Assembly: GCA_976226885.1 (NCBI GenBank)
Contig: OZ320316.1
Location: 26,040,001 to 26,104,000 of the forward strand
Length of the DNA stretch: 64,000 nucleotides
DNA from: Iphione sp. A-MEVVRFRX5
Taxonomy: Eukaryota
Reading direction: 5' to 3'
How positions within the stretch are numbered: the stretch's first letter is position 1; each line of letters opens with the position of its first letter. The position numbers were made by a program, and so were the translations under genes. Shown here in pieces: positions 27,196 through 40,165 of the stretch. The notes beneath the pieces were generated by a model that saw only the letters and a list, made by a program, of their open reading frames with translations, did no database searches and had not been told where the DNA came from.

Positions 27196-30100
27196 CTCTT
27201 GGGAATTCTCATCGTTGGAATCTTGTAGGGTATTGGTCACTTCAACAGTGACAATCGTGTCTTCCAAAGTGGAGATTATGTCATCCTTTAACAGAGCTTC
27301 CTTTTTATCAGCAGTATGTGTCTTCACTGTTTCGTACGCCTTGCGCATGGACTCCTGGGAAAAGGTAATAAATCGATTCCACAGATTTACAAAAGATTGG
27401 GTGTCTCGAGACCTTCCATTTTAAAAGATTATTTTCACAATCTTCCTGACACCATTGCAGTGAACAAATTTACTTGGCATGATGCTAATTTCAACAGAAA
27501 TACCTCTTGCTTATCTTCATTGTAAGAATCTTCTTTGGTATTAGTAAGTTCAAAATTGCTGATTGTGTCTCCCAATGTGGATGTTTCATCATCCTCTAAC
27601 AGAATGACCTTTGTGTCAGTAGGTTGTGTTTTTATGGTTTTGTGCATAGACACCTAAGAAAATGAAACAAGTACAGGAGAACCCCTCTTTACGGACGCCT
27701 GGACACAGCAGACGCCCCTTACAACGGACACTCTGGCATCAGTCCCATACAAAATTCCTCTATATCTAGTTTATTACAGCCCGGACACAGTGGACACTCA
27801 GTGACAGTGGACACCCCGCCTCTGGACACTTCTTTTCTAGTCCCAAATGCTCATTTTCCAAGGTTTACAGTGAACACCCAACCCTGAAGGAAATGCTACC
27901 GCCTCTGCTTTGATGGCGTCTCACCTCTGGGAGAGGTGCGAACCTGTCCTTCTCACCCCGGAGGAAATGCTACTTCCTCTGCTTTGATGGCGTTAACCTG
28001 TCCTTCTAACCCTGGAGGAACCTTTCTTTGATGGTGTCTCACCACCGTGGTTATTCCTCTACCACAGCCAACCTCCACTCTACCACAGCCAACCTTCACT
28101 CTACCATTACCAACCTCCACTCTACCACCTTGAACATACCCTCTACCACAGCAGATCTTTCCTCTACCACTACCAACCTCCACTCTACCACCTGGAAGAT
28201 TCCCTCTACAACTGCTCGGCAACAGCAGACACACCCGACAATGGACGCTTTGGCTTCAGTCCCATCAATGTCCATTGTGGCGGGGTTTTACTGTATATAC
28301 ACCAATAATTTTAGAGTACCACAAAATGTCAAGTATCTCAAAACCTTCAATTTTAATATATTTGCATCACAGTCTTCATGATATTACTGTCCCTTACTTT
28401 TGAGTTGGAGTATACATTATATTTGACATTGTGCTAATTTCAACAGAAATACCTCTTGCTTATCCTCATCGTAAGAATCTTCTTTGGTATCAGCCACTTC
28501 AAAATTGCTGATTGTGTCTTCCAATGTGGATGTTACATCATCCTCTAACAGAGGGACCCTTGTGTCAGCAGGTTGTGTTTTTATAGTTTCAAAAGCCTTG
28601 TGCACAGACACCTAAGAAGATGAAATAAATAGACACCATTAAACAGAGTACTACAAAAGGTCAAATGTCTCAAAATCTTAGATTTTAAAAGAATATTTTC
28701 ATCACAATTTGCATGATATTACTGTCCATTATTTCTGAATTGCAGTACACATATATATTTGGTATGATGCTAGTTTCAATAGAAATACCTCTTGATAATC
28801 CTTGTTGATTGAATCCTGATGTGTATTCGTCAATTCAACATTAATGTTTGTGTCATCCAATGTAGACATGTCATCCGTTAACAGAGCTACTCTTTTATCA
28901 GCAGTAGCTCTTTTCATGGTTTCAAAAACCTCCATGGAATCTTGCTGGCTATCAGTCACTTCACAATTGATGATTATGTCTTTTGGTATGGACCTTACAC
29001 CATCCTCTAACAGAGTAACACTTCTGTCAGTAGCATGTGTCTTTACTGTTTCTAAAGCCTTGTATACACACTCCTAAGAAAAGGAAATATGTGGATAGAT
29101 AAATGATTCATGAGCAGTACAAAAGGTTGAATGTCTTATTACCTTTCATTTTTAAAAGAACATTTTCATCAAAATCTTAATGAAATCATTGCAACCAATG
29201 TACGCATTACAATACACATATATATTTGACATGATGTTGATTTCAGTACAAATACCTCCTGGTAGTCCTTACTGGGACCTTCTTGGGTACTAGTCACTTC
29301 AAAATTGTCTATTGTGTCATCCAATGTAGACATTATGTCATCCTTTAACAGAGCCAAAATGAACATTCTGTCACAGTCTTCATAATATCATTACACCTAA
29401 CTCATGAATTACAGTATGGATATATATTTTGCATAACGTTGATTTAAACAGACATACCTCTTGGAAATCATTACTGGGATCTTCTTGGGAACTAGTCCTT
29501 CCAAAACTGTCCATTGTGTCATTCAATGTAGACTTTATATCATCCGTGAACAGGTCTACCCTTTTATTAACAGTAGCTCTTTCCATGGTTTCGAAAACCT
29601 CCATAGAATCTTGCTGGATATTAGTCACTTTACAATTGATGATTTTGTCTTCTGATATAGACCTGACACCATCCTCCAATAGAGCAACATTTGTGTCAGT
29701 AGCATGTGTCTCATCCTTTTGAAAAGCCTGGTGCACAGACTCCTATGAAAATGAAATATATCAGTTTAACCATGATTCTAGAGTAATACAAAAGGTTAAG
29801 TGTCTCAATATCTTTCATCCTTAAATGAATATCTCTGTCACAGTCTTCATGAAATCATGACACCTAACTTATGAATTACAGTTCATGTATACATTTGACA
29901 CATTGTTGGTTTAAGCAGAAATACCTCTTGGTTCTCCTTGTTGGGATCTTGTTTGAAACTAGTCACTTCAATATTGTCAGTTGTGTCATCCAATGTAGAC
30001 ATTATGTCATCTGTTAACAGGGCTACCCTTTCATCAGCAGTAGCTCTTTCCATGGTTTCGAAAACCTCCATAGAATCTTGCTGGATATTAGTCACTTCAC

Positions 30101-33100
30101 AATTGATGATTGTGTCTTCTGATAAGGACCTGACACCATCCTCCAATAGAGCAACACTTGTGTCAGTAGCATCTGCCTCCACCTTTTCGAAAGCCTTCTG
30201 CACAGACTCCAATGAAAATGAAATATGTCAGTACAACCATGATTCTAGAGTATTACAAAAGGTTAAGTGCCTCAATATCATTCATCCCTAAATAAATAAT
30301 TCTGTCACAGTCTTCAGAATATCATTACACCTAACTTGTCAATTACAGTACATGTATACATTTTACATGAGGTTGATTTTAGCAGAAATACCTCTTGGTT
30401 CTCCTTGTATGGCTCTTGTTTGGTACTAGTCACTTCAAAATTGTCTGTTGTGTCATCCAATGTAGACAGTATGTCATCTGTGAACAGGGCTACCCTTCTA
30501 TTAGCAGTGGCTCTTTTCATGGTTTCAAAAACCTCCATAGAATCTTGCTGGATATTAGTCACTTCACAATTGATGATTGTGTCTTCTGGTATAGACCTGA
30601 CACCATCCTCCAATGAAGCAACACTTATGTCAGTAGCATGTGTCTCCACCTTTCCCATAGCCTGGTGCACAGACTCCTGTGAAAATGAAATATATCAGTA
30701 TAACCATGATTCTACAGTACTACAAAAGGTTCAGTGTCTCAAAATCTTTAACCAATAAATGAATATCTCTGTCATAGTCTTCATAATATCATTACACCTA
30801 ACTCATGAATTACAGTACATGTTTACATGTACATTTGACATGATGTTGATTTTAGCATAAATACCTCTTGGTTACCCTTGTTGGGATCTTGTTTGGTACT
30901 AGTCACTTCAAAATTGTCTGTTGTGTCATCCAATGTAGACATTATGTCATCTGTGAACAGGGCTACCCTTCTATTAGCAGTAGCTCTATTCATGGTTTCA
31001 AAAACCTCCATAGAATCTTGCTGGATATTAGTCACTTTACAATTGATGATTTTGTCTTCTAATATAGACCTGACACCATCCTCCAATAGAGCAACATTTG
31101 TGTCAGTAGCATGTGTCTCATCCTTTTGAAAAGCCTGGTGCACAGACCCCTGTGAAAATGAAATATATCAGTATAACCATGATTCTACAGTACTACAAAG
31201 GTTCAGTGTCTCAAAATCTTTAACCAATAAATGAATATCTCTGTCATAGTCTTCATAATATCATTACACCTAACTCATGAATTACAGTACATGTTTACAT
31301 GTACATTTGACATGATGTTGATTTTAGCATAAATACCTCTTGGTTATCCTTGTTGGGATCTTGTTTGGTACTAGTCACTTCAAAATTGTCTGTTGTGTCA
31401 TCCAATGTAGACATTATGTCATCTGTGAACAGGGCTACCCTTCTATTAGCAGTAGCTCTTTCCATGGTTTCAAAAACCTCCATAGAATCTTGCTGGATAT
31501 TAGTCACTTCACAATTGATGACTGTATCTTCTGGTATGGACCTGACACCATCCTCCAATAGAGCAACATTTGTGTCAGCAGCATGTGTCTCGGTCTCTTC
31601 CAAATCCTCCTGCACAGACTCCTATAAAAATGAAATATTTATTAGTATAACAATGATTTTCGTGTACTATAAAACGTTGAATGTCTTAATGTTTTTCATC
31701 TTGAAATGAATATCTCTTTCACAGTCTTGATATCATTGTACCTAACTTATGAATTACAGTATATATACATTTTGCATAATATTAATTTCAATCTAAATAC
31801 CACTTGGTAATCCTCTTTTTTATCTTGTTGGGTATTAGCCAGTTCAAAATTTACAATAGTATCTTCCAGTGTGGACGTTACATGGGAAAAGCTTTGTCAA
31901 TATGTACGATGATCCTATGAAAATAAATCAATCGAAATTACAATTATAATTACATCATCCATTAAGAGTGTGTCCTTTGTATCAGTGGAATGGGTTTTCA
32001 TAGTTTCCAAGGCCTTCACAGACTCCTGTGAAAATGAAATAAATGGGTTCACCTATGATTTTAGAGTACTACAAAAGATTGAGTGTCTCAGTATCTTTCA
32101 TTGTTAAAAGAATATTTTTATCACAGTGTTCATCATATCATGCACCTAACTTAAAAGTTATGGTGTACATATATATTTTAAATTATGCTAATTTTGAATA
32201 GAAATACTATTTCATAATTCTCATTATTTGAATCATCTTGAGTACTAGTCACTTCAATATTCTTGATTTTGTCTTTCACTGTGGACATTAAGTCATCCTT
32301 TATCAGAGCTACCTTTGTATCAACAGCATCTGTTTTCATGGTTTCTAAAGCCTCAATGGAATCTTGTTGAGTATTAGTCATTTCACAATTGATGAACATG
32401 TCTTCGGGTATGGACCTGACACCATCCTCTGGCACAGCAACACTTGTGTCAGTAGCATATGACTTCACCATTTCCAAAGCCTTGTTCACAGACTCCTATG
32501 AAAATGAAGCAAATGAACTGGTCAGGTGGCTCGATACCTTTCATTTGGAAACAAATACTTTCATTACAGTCTTCATGATATCATTCCACTCAACCTTTAT
32601 GAATTACAGTACAGTGGAACCCCTATTTACGACCATCATTGGGTCCCACCAAAAGAGGTCTTACTAGTGAGTTTGGTTGCAAATTGAACACAATTCCTGC
32701 AGAATTGCTAAGTATGGTTGCAGGAGTGGTCTCAAATAGGGTTTCCACTGTATACATATTTATTTAACATAATCTCAGAAGAAATACCTCTTGGTAATCC
32801 TTATTATTTGGATCTTGTTGGGTGTTAGTCACTTCACAATTGATGATTGTGTCTTCTGGTATGGACCTTACACTATCCATTAACAGAGCAACATTTGTTT
32901 TAGCAGCATTTGTCTCCACTGTTTCCAAAGCCTGGTGCACAGACTCCTATGAAAAGGAAATATGTGGGCACAAGAATGATTCCAGGACAGTACAAAAGGT
33001 GAATTTTATCAATGCCTTTTGTTGTTAGATGAATATTTTTATCACAATCTTCAGGATATCATTGCACCCATCTTTATAATTTAGAGTATACATGTATATT

Positions 33101-34430
33101 TGACATGATGTTAATTTCAATAAAAATAAATCTTGGTAATCCTAATTGTTGGGACCTTGTTGGATATCAGTCACTTTAAAATTGACAATAGTATCTCGCA
33201 ATGTCAATGTTACATTATTCTCTAACAGAGTGACCCTTGTATCAGCACAAATGATTTCCATGATTTCCAAACCCTTGTGCACAGACATCTGAGAATATGA
33301 AATAAATAGGCATACCAATGATTCCAGAGTGCTACAAAGGTTAAGTGTCTGAATACCTTCATTGTCAAATAATAGTTCCATCACATTCTTCATATTATTA
33401 GTGCAGCTAACTTATGGAGTAAGTATAAATATATATTTGGCATATTGTTAATTTCAATATAAATACCTCTTGGTCATCCGTGTTGTTTGAATCTTGATGA
33501 GTATCAGTTACTTCAGCATTGATGTTTGTATCTTCCAATGTGGACATCATGTCATCCTTTAACACAGCTACCCTTTTATTAGCAGTAGCTCCTTTCATGG
33601 TTTTAAAAACTTTGATGGAATCTTGCTGGATATTAGTCACTTCACAATTGATGACTCTGTTCTCTGGTATGGATGTTACACCATTTTCTGACAGGACAAC
33701 ATTTGTTTTAGCAGCATTTGTCTCCACTGTTTCCAAAGCCTGGTGCACAGACTCCTATGAAAAGGAAATATGTGGGCACAAGAATGATTCCAGAACCCTA
33801 CAAAAGGTGAATAATATAAATGCCTTTTGTTTTTAAATGAATATTTTCATTACAATCTTCATGATATCAATGTACCTAACCTTTATAATTTAGAGTATAT
33901 TTATATATTTAACATGATGTTAATTTCAGCAGAAATACCTCTTGATAGGCTTCATTGTTGGGATCTTGTTGGATATTAGTCACTTCACAATTGATTGTTG
34001 TGTCTTCTGATATGGTCCTCACATCATCCTCAAACAGAAAATTACTTGTGTCAGCAGCATTTGTCTGCACTCTTTCCAAAGTCATGTGCACAGACTCCTA
34101 AGAAAAATAGATATGCAAGTATGCCAGTGATTTCAGAGTACTACAAACATAATATGTTTCATTTATAAAAGAACATTTTCATCACAGTTTTATCACAGTC
34201 TCCTTGATATGATGGCATCTAACTTACAAAATACAGAATGCATACATTTGACATGATGTTATTTTGAATAGAATTACCTCTTGGTAATCCTTGTTGTTTG
34301 AATCTTGTTGGGTACTAGTCATCTCAAAATTGTTGATTGTGTCTTCAATTGTGGATTCATCCTTTAACAGATCTATCTTTGTGTTAGCAGGATCTATTTT
34401 TATGATTTCCAAAGCTGTGTGCACAGACAC
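27196..34430 (-). CDS. SYNE1: 13 apparently intact phase-0/0 repeat exons: 34278-34430, 33939-34097, 33467-33754, 32788-32946, 32208-32495, 31337-31621, 30865-31149, 30392-30676, 29458-29742, 28789-29073, 28453-28611, 27504-27653, 27196-27354
   Basis: Each is bounded by AG/GT, has a length divisible by 3 (150-159 or 285-288 nt) and is open. Peptide type ESVHKALET..THA.DT.VALLEDGVRSIPEDTIINCEVTNIQQD...NKDYQE. Confidence 0.75.
27674..28293. mobile_element. TA-flanked pogo/Tigger-like non-autonomous element with internal ~21-bp tandem repeats (CTCTACCAC-based, ~28057-28215)
   Basis: TA|CAGGAGAACCCC...GGGGTTTTACTG|TA; GGACAC subterminal motifs; interrupts the array periodicity. Confidence 0.7.
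32612..32750. mobile_element. Tigger/pogo-type MITE inserted in a repeat-unit intron
   Basis: TA|CAGTGGAACCCCTATTT...AAATAGGGTTTCCACTG|TA; related to 49721-49896. Confidence 0.85.
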
Positions 34431-36732
34431 CTAGACAAATGAAATCAATAGGTGCACTAGTGATTCCAGAATAATACAAAACGTCAAGTGCCTCAATTCT
34501 TTTCATTTGTAAAAGAATATTTTCATCATAATCTTCACAATATCATTTCAGCCAACTTACAAATTACAGTATGCATATATTTGACATGGTGCTAGTTTTA
34601 ATAGAAATATCTCTTGGTAATCCTTGTTGGTTGAACATTGTTGGGTACTCTTTACTTCAAAATTGCTGATTGTGTCTTCCATTGTGGAAATTATATCATC
34701 CTTGAACAGAGGTACCTTTGTATCAGGAGCATCTGTTTTCTTGGTTTCTAAAGCCTCAATGGAATCTTGTTGAGTATTAGTCACTTCACAATTGATCATG
34801 GTTTCTTCTGGTATAGCCCTTCCACAATCCTCTAAGAGAGCAGCACTTGTGTTAGCAGCATGTTTCTTCTCCATTTCCAAAGCCTTGTGCACAGACTCCT
34901 ATGAAAATGAAATATATAAGTATAACAAGGATTCAAGAATACTACTAAATGTTGAGTGTTTTTATACTTTTCATTTTCATATGAATATTTTCATCACAGT
35001 CTTCATGATATAATTGCATCCAACCTATGAGAAAAGAATGTTTATCTAATCACAATGTAAACACTACAGCCTCAGTCATATTGATCTCAATATTTAAAGG
35101 GAACAATCGTTTTTCAGAGAAATAAAACCATGCCTCTCAGATGACATTATACTGCCAGTTTTTAAATATTACTATGTGCACATAGACCTTATAATGCAAA
35201 ATTATGAGCAGAGACTTGTCCAGATATGGATGCACACGTTCAATATGGATAATCTTTGCCTGTGTTACTAAACCTTAGCAGGGTTGTTTGAAAACTATGT
35301 AATGCATTTCAACTTACACAAGATTGGCAGGAATTGGATATTGAGAAAATTCGTTTACAGAATATTTGGTATAGGAACACAACTCTACCTGAAACTCTTA
35401 ATCCATTTTAAGTGAACTACTACTAATCCTTATAAGTGACGAGGAATATAAATCAATCTCAGGGGAATAACATAATTGATAATGTACAATATGGGAAAAT
35501 ACAGCTGTCAAATAAATTAGGCCATTTGAGAGTCAAACAGTGTCCTGTAGTAAATATGCAGTACTCCTAAAAAAATCCCAAAGTTATAAACCAAAGTTCA
35601 ATTAATATCTTAAGAGGCAAATGTTGTTGGCAGTGCTATGTGAATATGCTTGTCAAAGATATTTACACAAATACATCATAGACTGTTGATATTACTTGAA
35701 AGTGATCAGTTTCTTCTGAATGCATTTTCTTTCAAAGTCCTAAAGCATCCTTTACAAAGATATAATACTTTAAGAATAATATAAGTATACTTGTCCGGTG
35801 TCAATGCCTATTGATCAATACACTTTAAAAAATAATAATTACATTAATTAAGAATATAAGGTTTTATGGTTTATGTCATAGTTAATTATATAAAAGCGAA
35901 CCACCCACGATCTTGTAGAGAGATGGAGAGTTTCCTTTTTTATTAAAAAATATATGATCTTTGAAAATCCAAGTGTGTTCTTGAATGATCAATCTCAGAT
36001 GTTATTTCTATTGTATAAGTTTTCTTTGTTTTCCTATTTTCTTTCTCATTGGTAATTGCATGGCTTATATTCTGATATAGATGTAACTTTGGGAGTAAAC
36101 TATACTTATTCGCTTTCGAAGAGGACCATTGGCAGCCTTATGATTGTAACAATTATGTGAATATCAACAATACCCATAGTTGTGTGAGAAATACACGTCT
36201 CTTGGTAGACCGTAGATTACTCTACTTATACACAAGTATCAGGTGCCAGCATTTATCGTTCTCTTTATACTAAAGAAAACCCCAAGATTTATTCTGACGA
36301 TACACTTGTGGGACTTAACAACTGGAATCTTAGAGGCAACATTAAAGGAATTCTTGGTGATCGATTATCCAAGGGGGTTGACCCTCCCTGTTTCAATGTT
36401 GTCAAGCAGGACGCACAGGCGTTTGGTCATGCCTTGTAACCGTTGTCAGGATACAATCCCCTACTTCTTTTTTTTGGCATTATGTAGCGCACTTTTCATT
36501 CACATATTACGTTTCGTTGCATTTTGAAAATTTTACCTAATTGGCTTCCCACTTCCATTCAAGCTCTGTGACAACAATACCACCATATCCAGTGGAGACC
36601 CGGTTAAAAACCAGCAGATCATAGGGAAGACAAAATCCCGGGGAGAGACCAAGATGTCTCAGACCAAATGATTTGTTTCTCTCTATGTAGATTGTGTCTA
36701 ATGAAGAAAAAATGTGCGAGAGACCACATTAC

Positions 36733-36885
36733 CTCCACCGTAGAGAGAAGACTTTGATATCTGGAGGCAGTATTGGTAATGAAGGACATCACATCTTCAT
36801 TGCCCGAGAAATCTACAACAGCATGGGCCCTGTCAAGGGCACTGTCCACTCTGTCGCCTTGGAATTTGAGGTCTTCATGGATTTC
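36733..36885 (-). CDS. SYNE1: Nesprin-like spectrin-rod exon
   Basis: Phase 0/0. EIHEDLKFQGDRVDSALDRAHAVV...ASRYQSLLSTVE. Confidence 0.88.
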
Positions 36886-37290
36886 CTGAAGCAGAAAGAC
36901 AAAAATCATCATTTGCATTACTTTTTAACTATGGTACTTTGTATTCTTAAATCAACATCATAACAACAATGTTACCTATTTTGAAGGGAACCATGACTTT
37001 AAGTGAGATACAGGCCTCATAGGGTGTTTACTTGATGTATTACTTCTGTGTTATATCCTCAGCTGCACCACAACTATAATACAGAAGTAATATTTGGTGT
37101 ACAGCGCTCTACTCGTGCTGTATCTATCACGTATGATAATAATTACAGCCGGAAGAATATAATTATTCTCATCTCCCCTGCAGTTAACGTACGTCGACTT
37201 GTATAAAAACAATACCTTTTTTCACCTCTCCGCACATAACGCTCTAATGCAGGCCATAAATTATCTGTAAGAATAAAATAAACGACTTGC

Positions 37291-37617
37291 CTGCAGTCTT
37301 TGTAATTGTGACCAATTTTCCTGAAAAGCAGCACCTTGTTTCACGCACATGTTCATTTCGGATTCTGTTTTCGTCAGCCATGTCTCCACAATTCGTTTGC
37401 AATCGAGGTAGGCAGACCACTTTGCGTTCACAGTATTACATTCTTCCTGCACCTGGCTTATGTCTCTGTGTAGATTGTCCCAGACCGCGCCTGCTGTTTC
37501 GAGCTGGCGTTTGATTCGTTCTCTCCCCTCCACTGATGAACTTTTATAAAGTCTTTCACCAGCTGTCATAGTTTTGTTCAGGTTTCCTTTGCCAGATTCA
37601 CAGCGATCCAAAATTCT
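37291..37617 (-). CDS. SYNE1: Nesprin-like spectrin-rod exon (GC donor)
   Basis: ttttcatag|AGA...CAG|gcaagt. GERLYKSSSVEGRERIKRQLETAGAVWDNL...WSAY...ETWL. Confidence 0.88.
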
Positions 37618-38874
37618 CTATGAAAATGATGAATCAGGAAATACGTGCAAGAATGAGTAAATACGAATTTGTATGTTGTACTACAGAGAGGAAATGATAA
37701 ACTTATGTTGAATCTTTATACATATCAATATTCATAAAGATGTATATTTTTAGCAGAACCCTATGCTACAAAGGTGCACAACAAAATCATCAATGTAGGG
37801 TAGCCAATTAGATGAGAAGTCAGGGAAGGGCATAACATCATTGCCATGTCCAATTATCTATATATAGTCTCGTTTAAGTAAAATGCTCAAAGTATTTCAT
37901 TCATTTTAATGCCTTTTTTGAATTCCTGGCTCAGCGTACTAGTCTTTTATCTTAGTGAGATCTGACTTCTCACTGCATGATTTTAACCCACTTATCTAAT
38001 TCAAAGTGCAAGTTCGGTGCTATTCTTGACTTTCAATTAAATCATATCAGAATTCTTTATTGCCATAGTCCAATATAACCAAACAATAATGTTCTAGAAA
38101 CATGACAAACCAAACTTCAATGTCAAAGGAAGTTTCCCTCTAATGTGACCCGAATGTTATAAACTAACATTTTCAGAATGTTGCCTGAACATTATATTCT
38201 TTTACCTAAATGTTTTGATATGAAGTTTATACAACATCACCTGAATGTGTTTGTAACTGAACCACACCGCAATGATGTCTGAATGTTATATTTCAGTGTT
38301 ACTTGAAATAGTAATTTAATGTTTATACATTGCCTGAATATTCTTTAATAAGGAAACCAAACCAGAATTTCCTTGATGGCTGATCCAAACGTAGATTATT
38401 GAGTTTACCAGGAACAAAGGAGTAAGAAACCGTACTATCAGAATTGGTGTCAAACAGGTTGGAACTGGTATGCCCTAGCCATGCCAAGTGTTCCGAATAC
38501 TTACCAAGCACTCTAAACGTGATATTGATGACGATTCATGAATATAAATTTGGCAAGCACGTCTAAGGTGATTTACTCTATGCTCTGAAACGGCCTGCGG
38601 CACGAGTGAACACCAAACTCGACAGTAATCCATAATTTATGGCTTAAGTAGATAGCGAACGGAACTTAAACAGTTCGTTGTAGTGTCTGAGCAATGGCAC
38701 AACGATTTTGTGCTTGCATTCCCTATGCGTATGCATGGCTAGACTACAGAGCAGATTCTCAGCTTGTAAAGCTGACATCGAGAACGTCATCGAGCAGGAC
38801 CAGACGGCAAACCAGTAAAACACCAGCGAACACACTTGCCAAAACTATTGAATCTCCCTGAGCTCACTACTGAC

Positions 38875-39039
38875 CTGGATGTTGAATCTGTTGTTCTGAA
38901 TATGGTCCGGTTGTTGGAATGAAATTCTTATTTTGTCGATGCACTGTTTTGTGTCGGACATCCATCTTGTCAACTTGTTATATTGTATTTTATATTCCTC
39001 GTGTTCACGCACAAACCGTGTCCATTCAAAGACAAGATC
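38875..39039 (-). CDS. SYNE1: Nesprin-like spectrin-rod exon
   Basis: ttttacag|GAT...CAG|gtcagt. DLVFEWTRFVREHEEYKIQYNKLTRWMSDT. Confidence 0.88.
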
Positions 39040-39684
39040 CTGTAAAACAAAAACGTATAGAAGTAACGGGTCTTTACCGATATTACTTTGTAGCGGTTTA
39101 GTTCGGGTGGGAGTTTTAATGAGTCTTCAGAGAGTAAATTGCTATATCCCTCACAATGCCGTTACGGCGATCTGACCTGTTCATAACTCGTCTTTGTAGT
39201 GTTAGTTCAAAATTACTGTTGTAGCAGTTAAGTAGAGTTAAGAATCCAACTTTGTAACAATTATCAGATATGTGTAGATACTCTGCTGGCTATCTCTTGC
39301 TATCTCTCTTGCTTTCAACACCATAGAGTGTACCCCGGAAGTGCAATGGACGTCAAAATTGCACATACGGTAGCTAGACTTGAAAAGTACCTCTGTTATA
39401 AGCAATTACTAGGTATAACAAGGAACAAAAGGAGGGTTATGTGCATGCATAGAGAGAGGAAGCTTGGAGCTTGGATATTTCATCAGGATCCAATGAGGAC
39501 CCAAAGAAATGGACATGTACTTCATGTCCAATTTAGGATCATTACAAAGTTGATGATGTTGCCGATCATGCATGGAGACAAAGGCTCTCCGAACAAAAAA
39601 CAATTGTGGAGGGAAAGTTTTACAACAAGAAGGCTATCAGCATTACCTCCGACATTCAAATACTTATCTGACGATGTGTCGTAC

Positions 39685-39837
39685 CTCCACTGTTTTCTTC
39701 ATACACAAGTATTTAGTTTGAAGTGTTTGTGGATGCCGTCTTCTGTGTTGCGCAAATACCCTCATTGGTACTCCCTTTGCTTCAAGCAGAATATCATGTA
39801 GGTTTGTGTGATGGTTTTGAACATCTTGAAGTATATC
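39685..39837 (-). CDS. SYNE1: Nesprin-like spectrin-rod exon
   Basis: ctatag|GAT...GAG|gtacga. DILQDVQNHHTNLHDILLEAKG. Confidence 0.82.
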
Positions 39838-40165
39838 CTATAGATATAACGAAAAGATCACAATGTGACACACATAGATTAATAGCATGTACATGTTTTC
39901 ATCTAATGTCTATATCCCTTCACAAAGCAGGCGTCTTCAATGAATCATTCAATCCAATACGATACACTTGCATCGATTTGATGTTATAACAGTCTAGTTA
40001 AAGCATACAGAATTATACGAAGTTTCTTTTGTCGAAGTTTTACATAATATCCCTGTTACATCAAGATGAGTAGAGTGAAAGGTGAATAGAAACATACCGA
40101 TATGAATGAATGCAAAATCTTCCATAAATCACACACCATATCCAAACATATCCTCATTGATACTA

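Larger units (their letters stand above)
27196..34898 (-). repeat. Tandem array of 18 exon+intron units (about 300-650 bp each) in the nesprin-like gene
   Basis: Recurring acceptor ttttcatag|GAGTCTGTGCAC and donor CAAGAG|gtatttctg. Introns between units are also homologous. Confidence 0.95.

Noticed and set aside
27215-35013. Repeated plus-strand hydrophobic ORFs (for example MLGSCLVLVTSKLSVVSS...)
   Set aside because: Antisense shadows of the repeat exons; splice signals and intron-side stops support only the minus strand.
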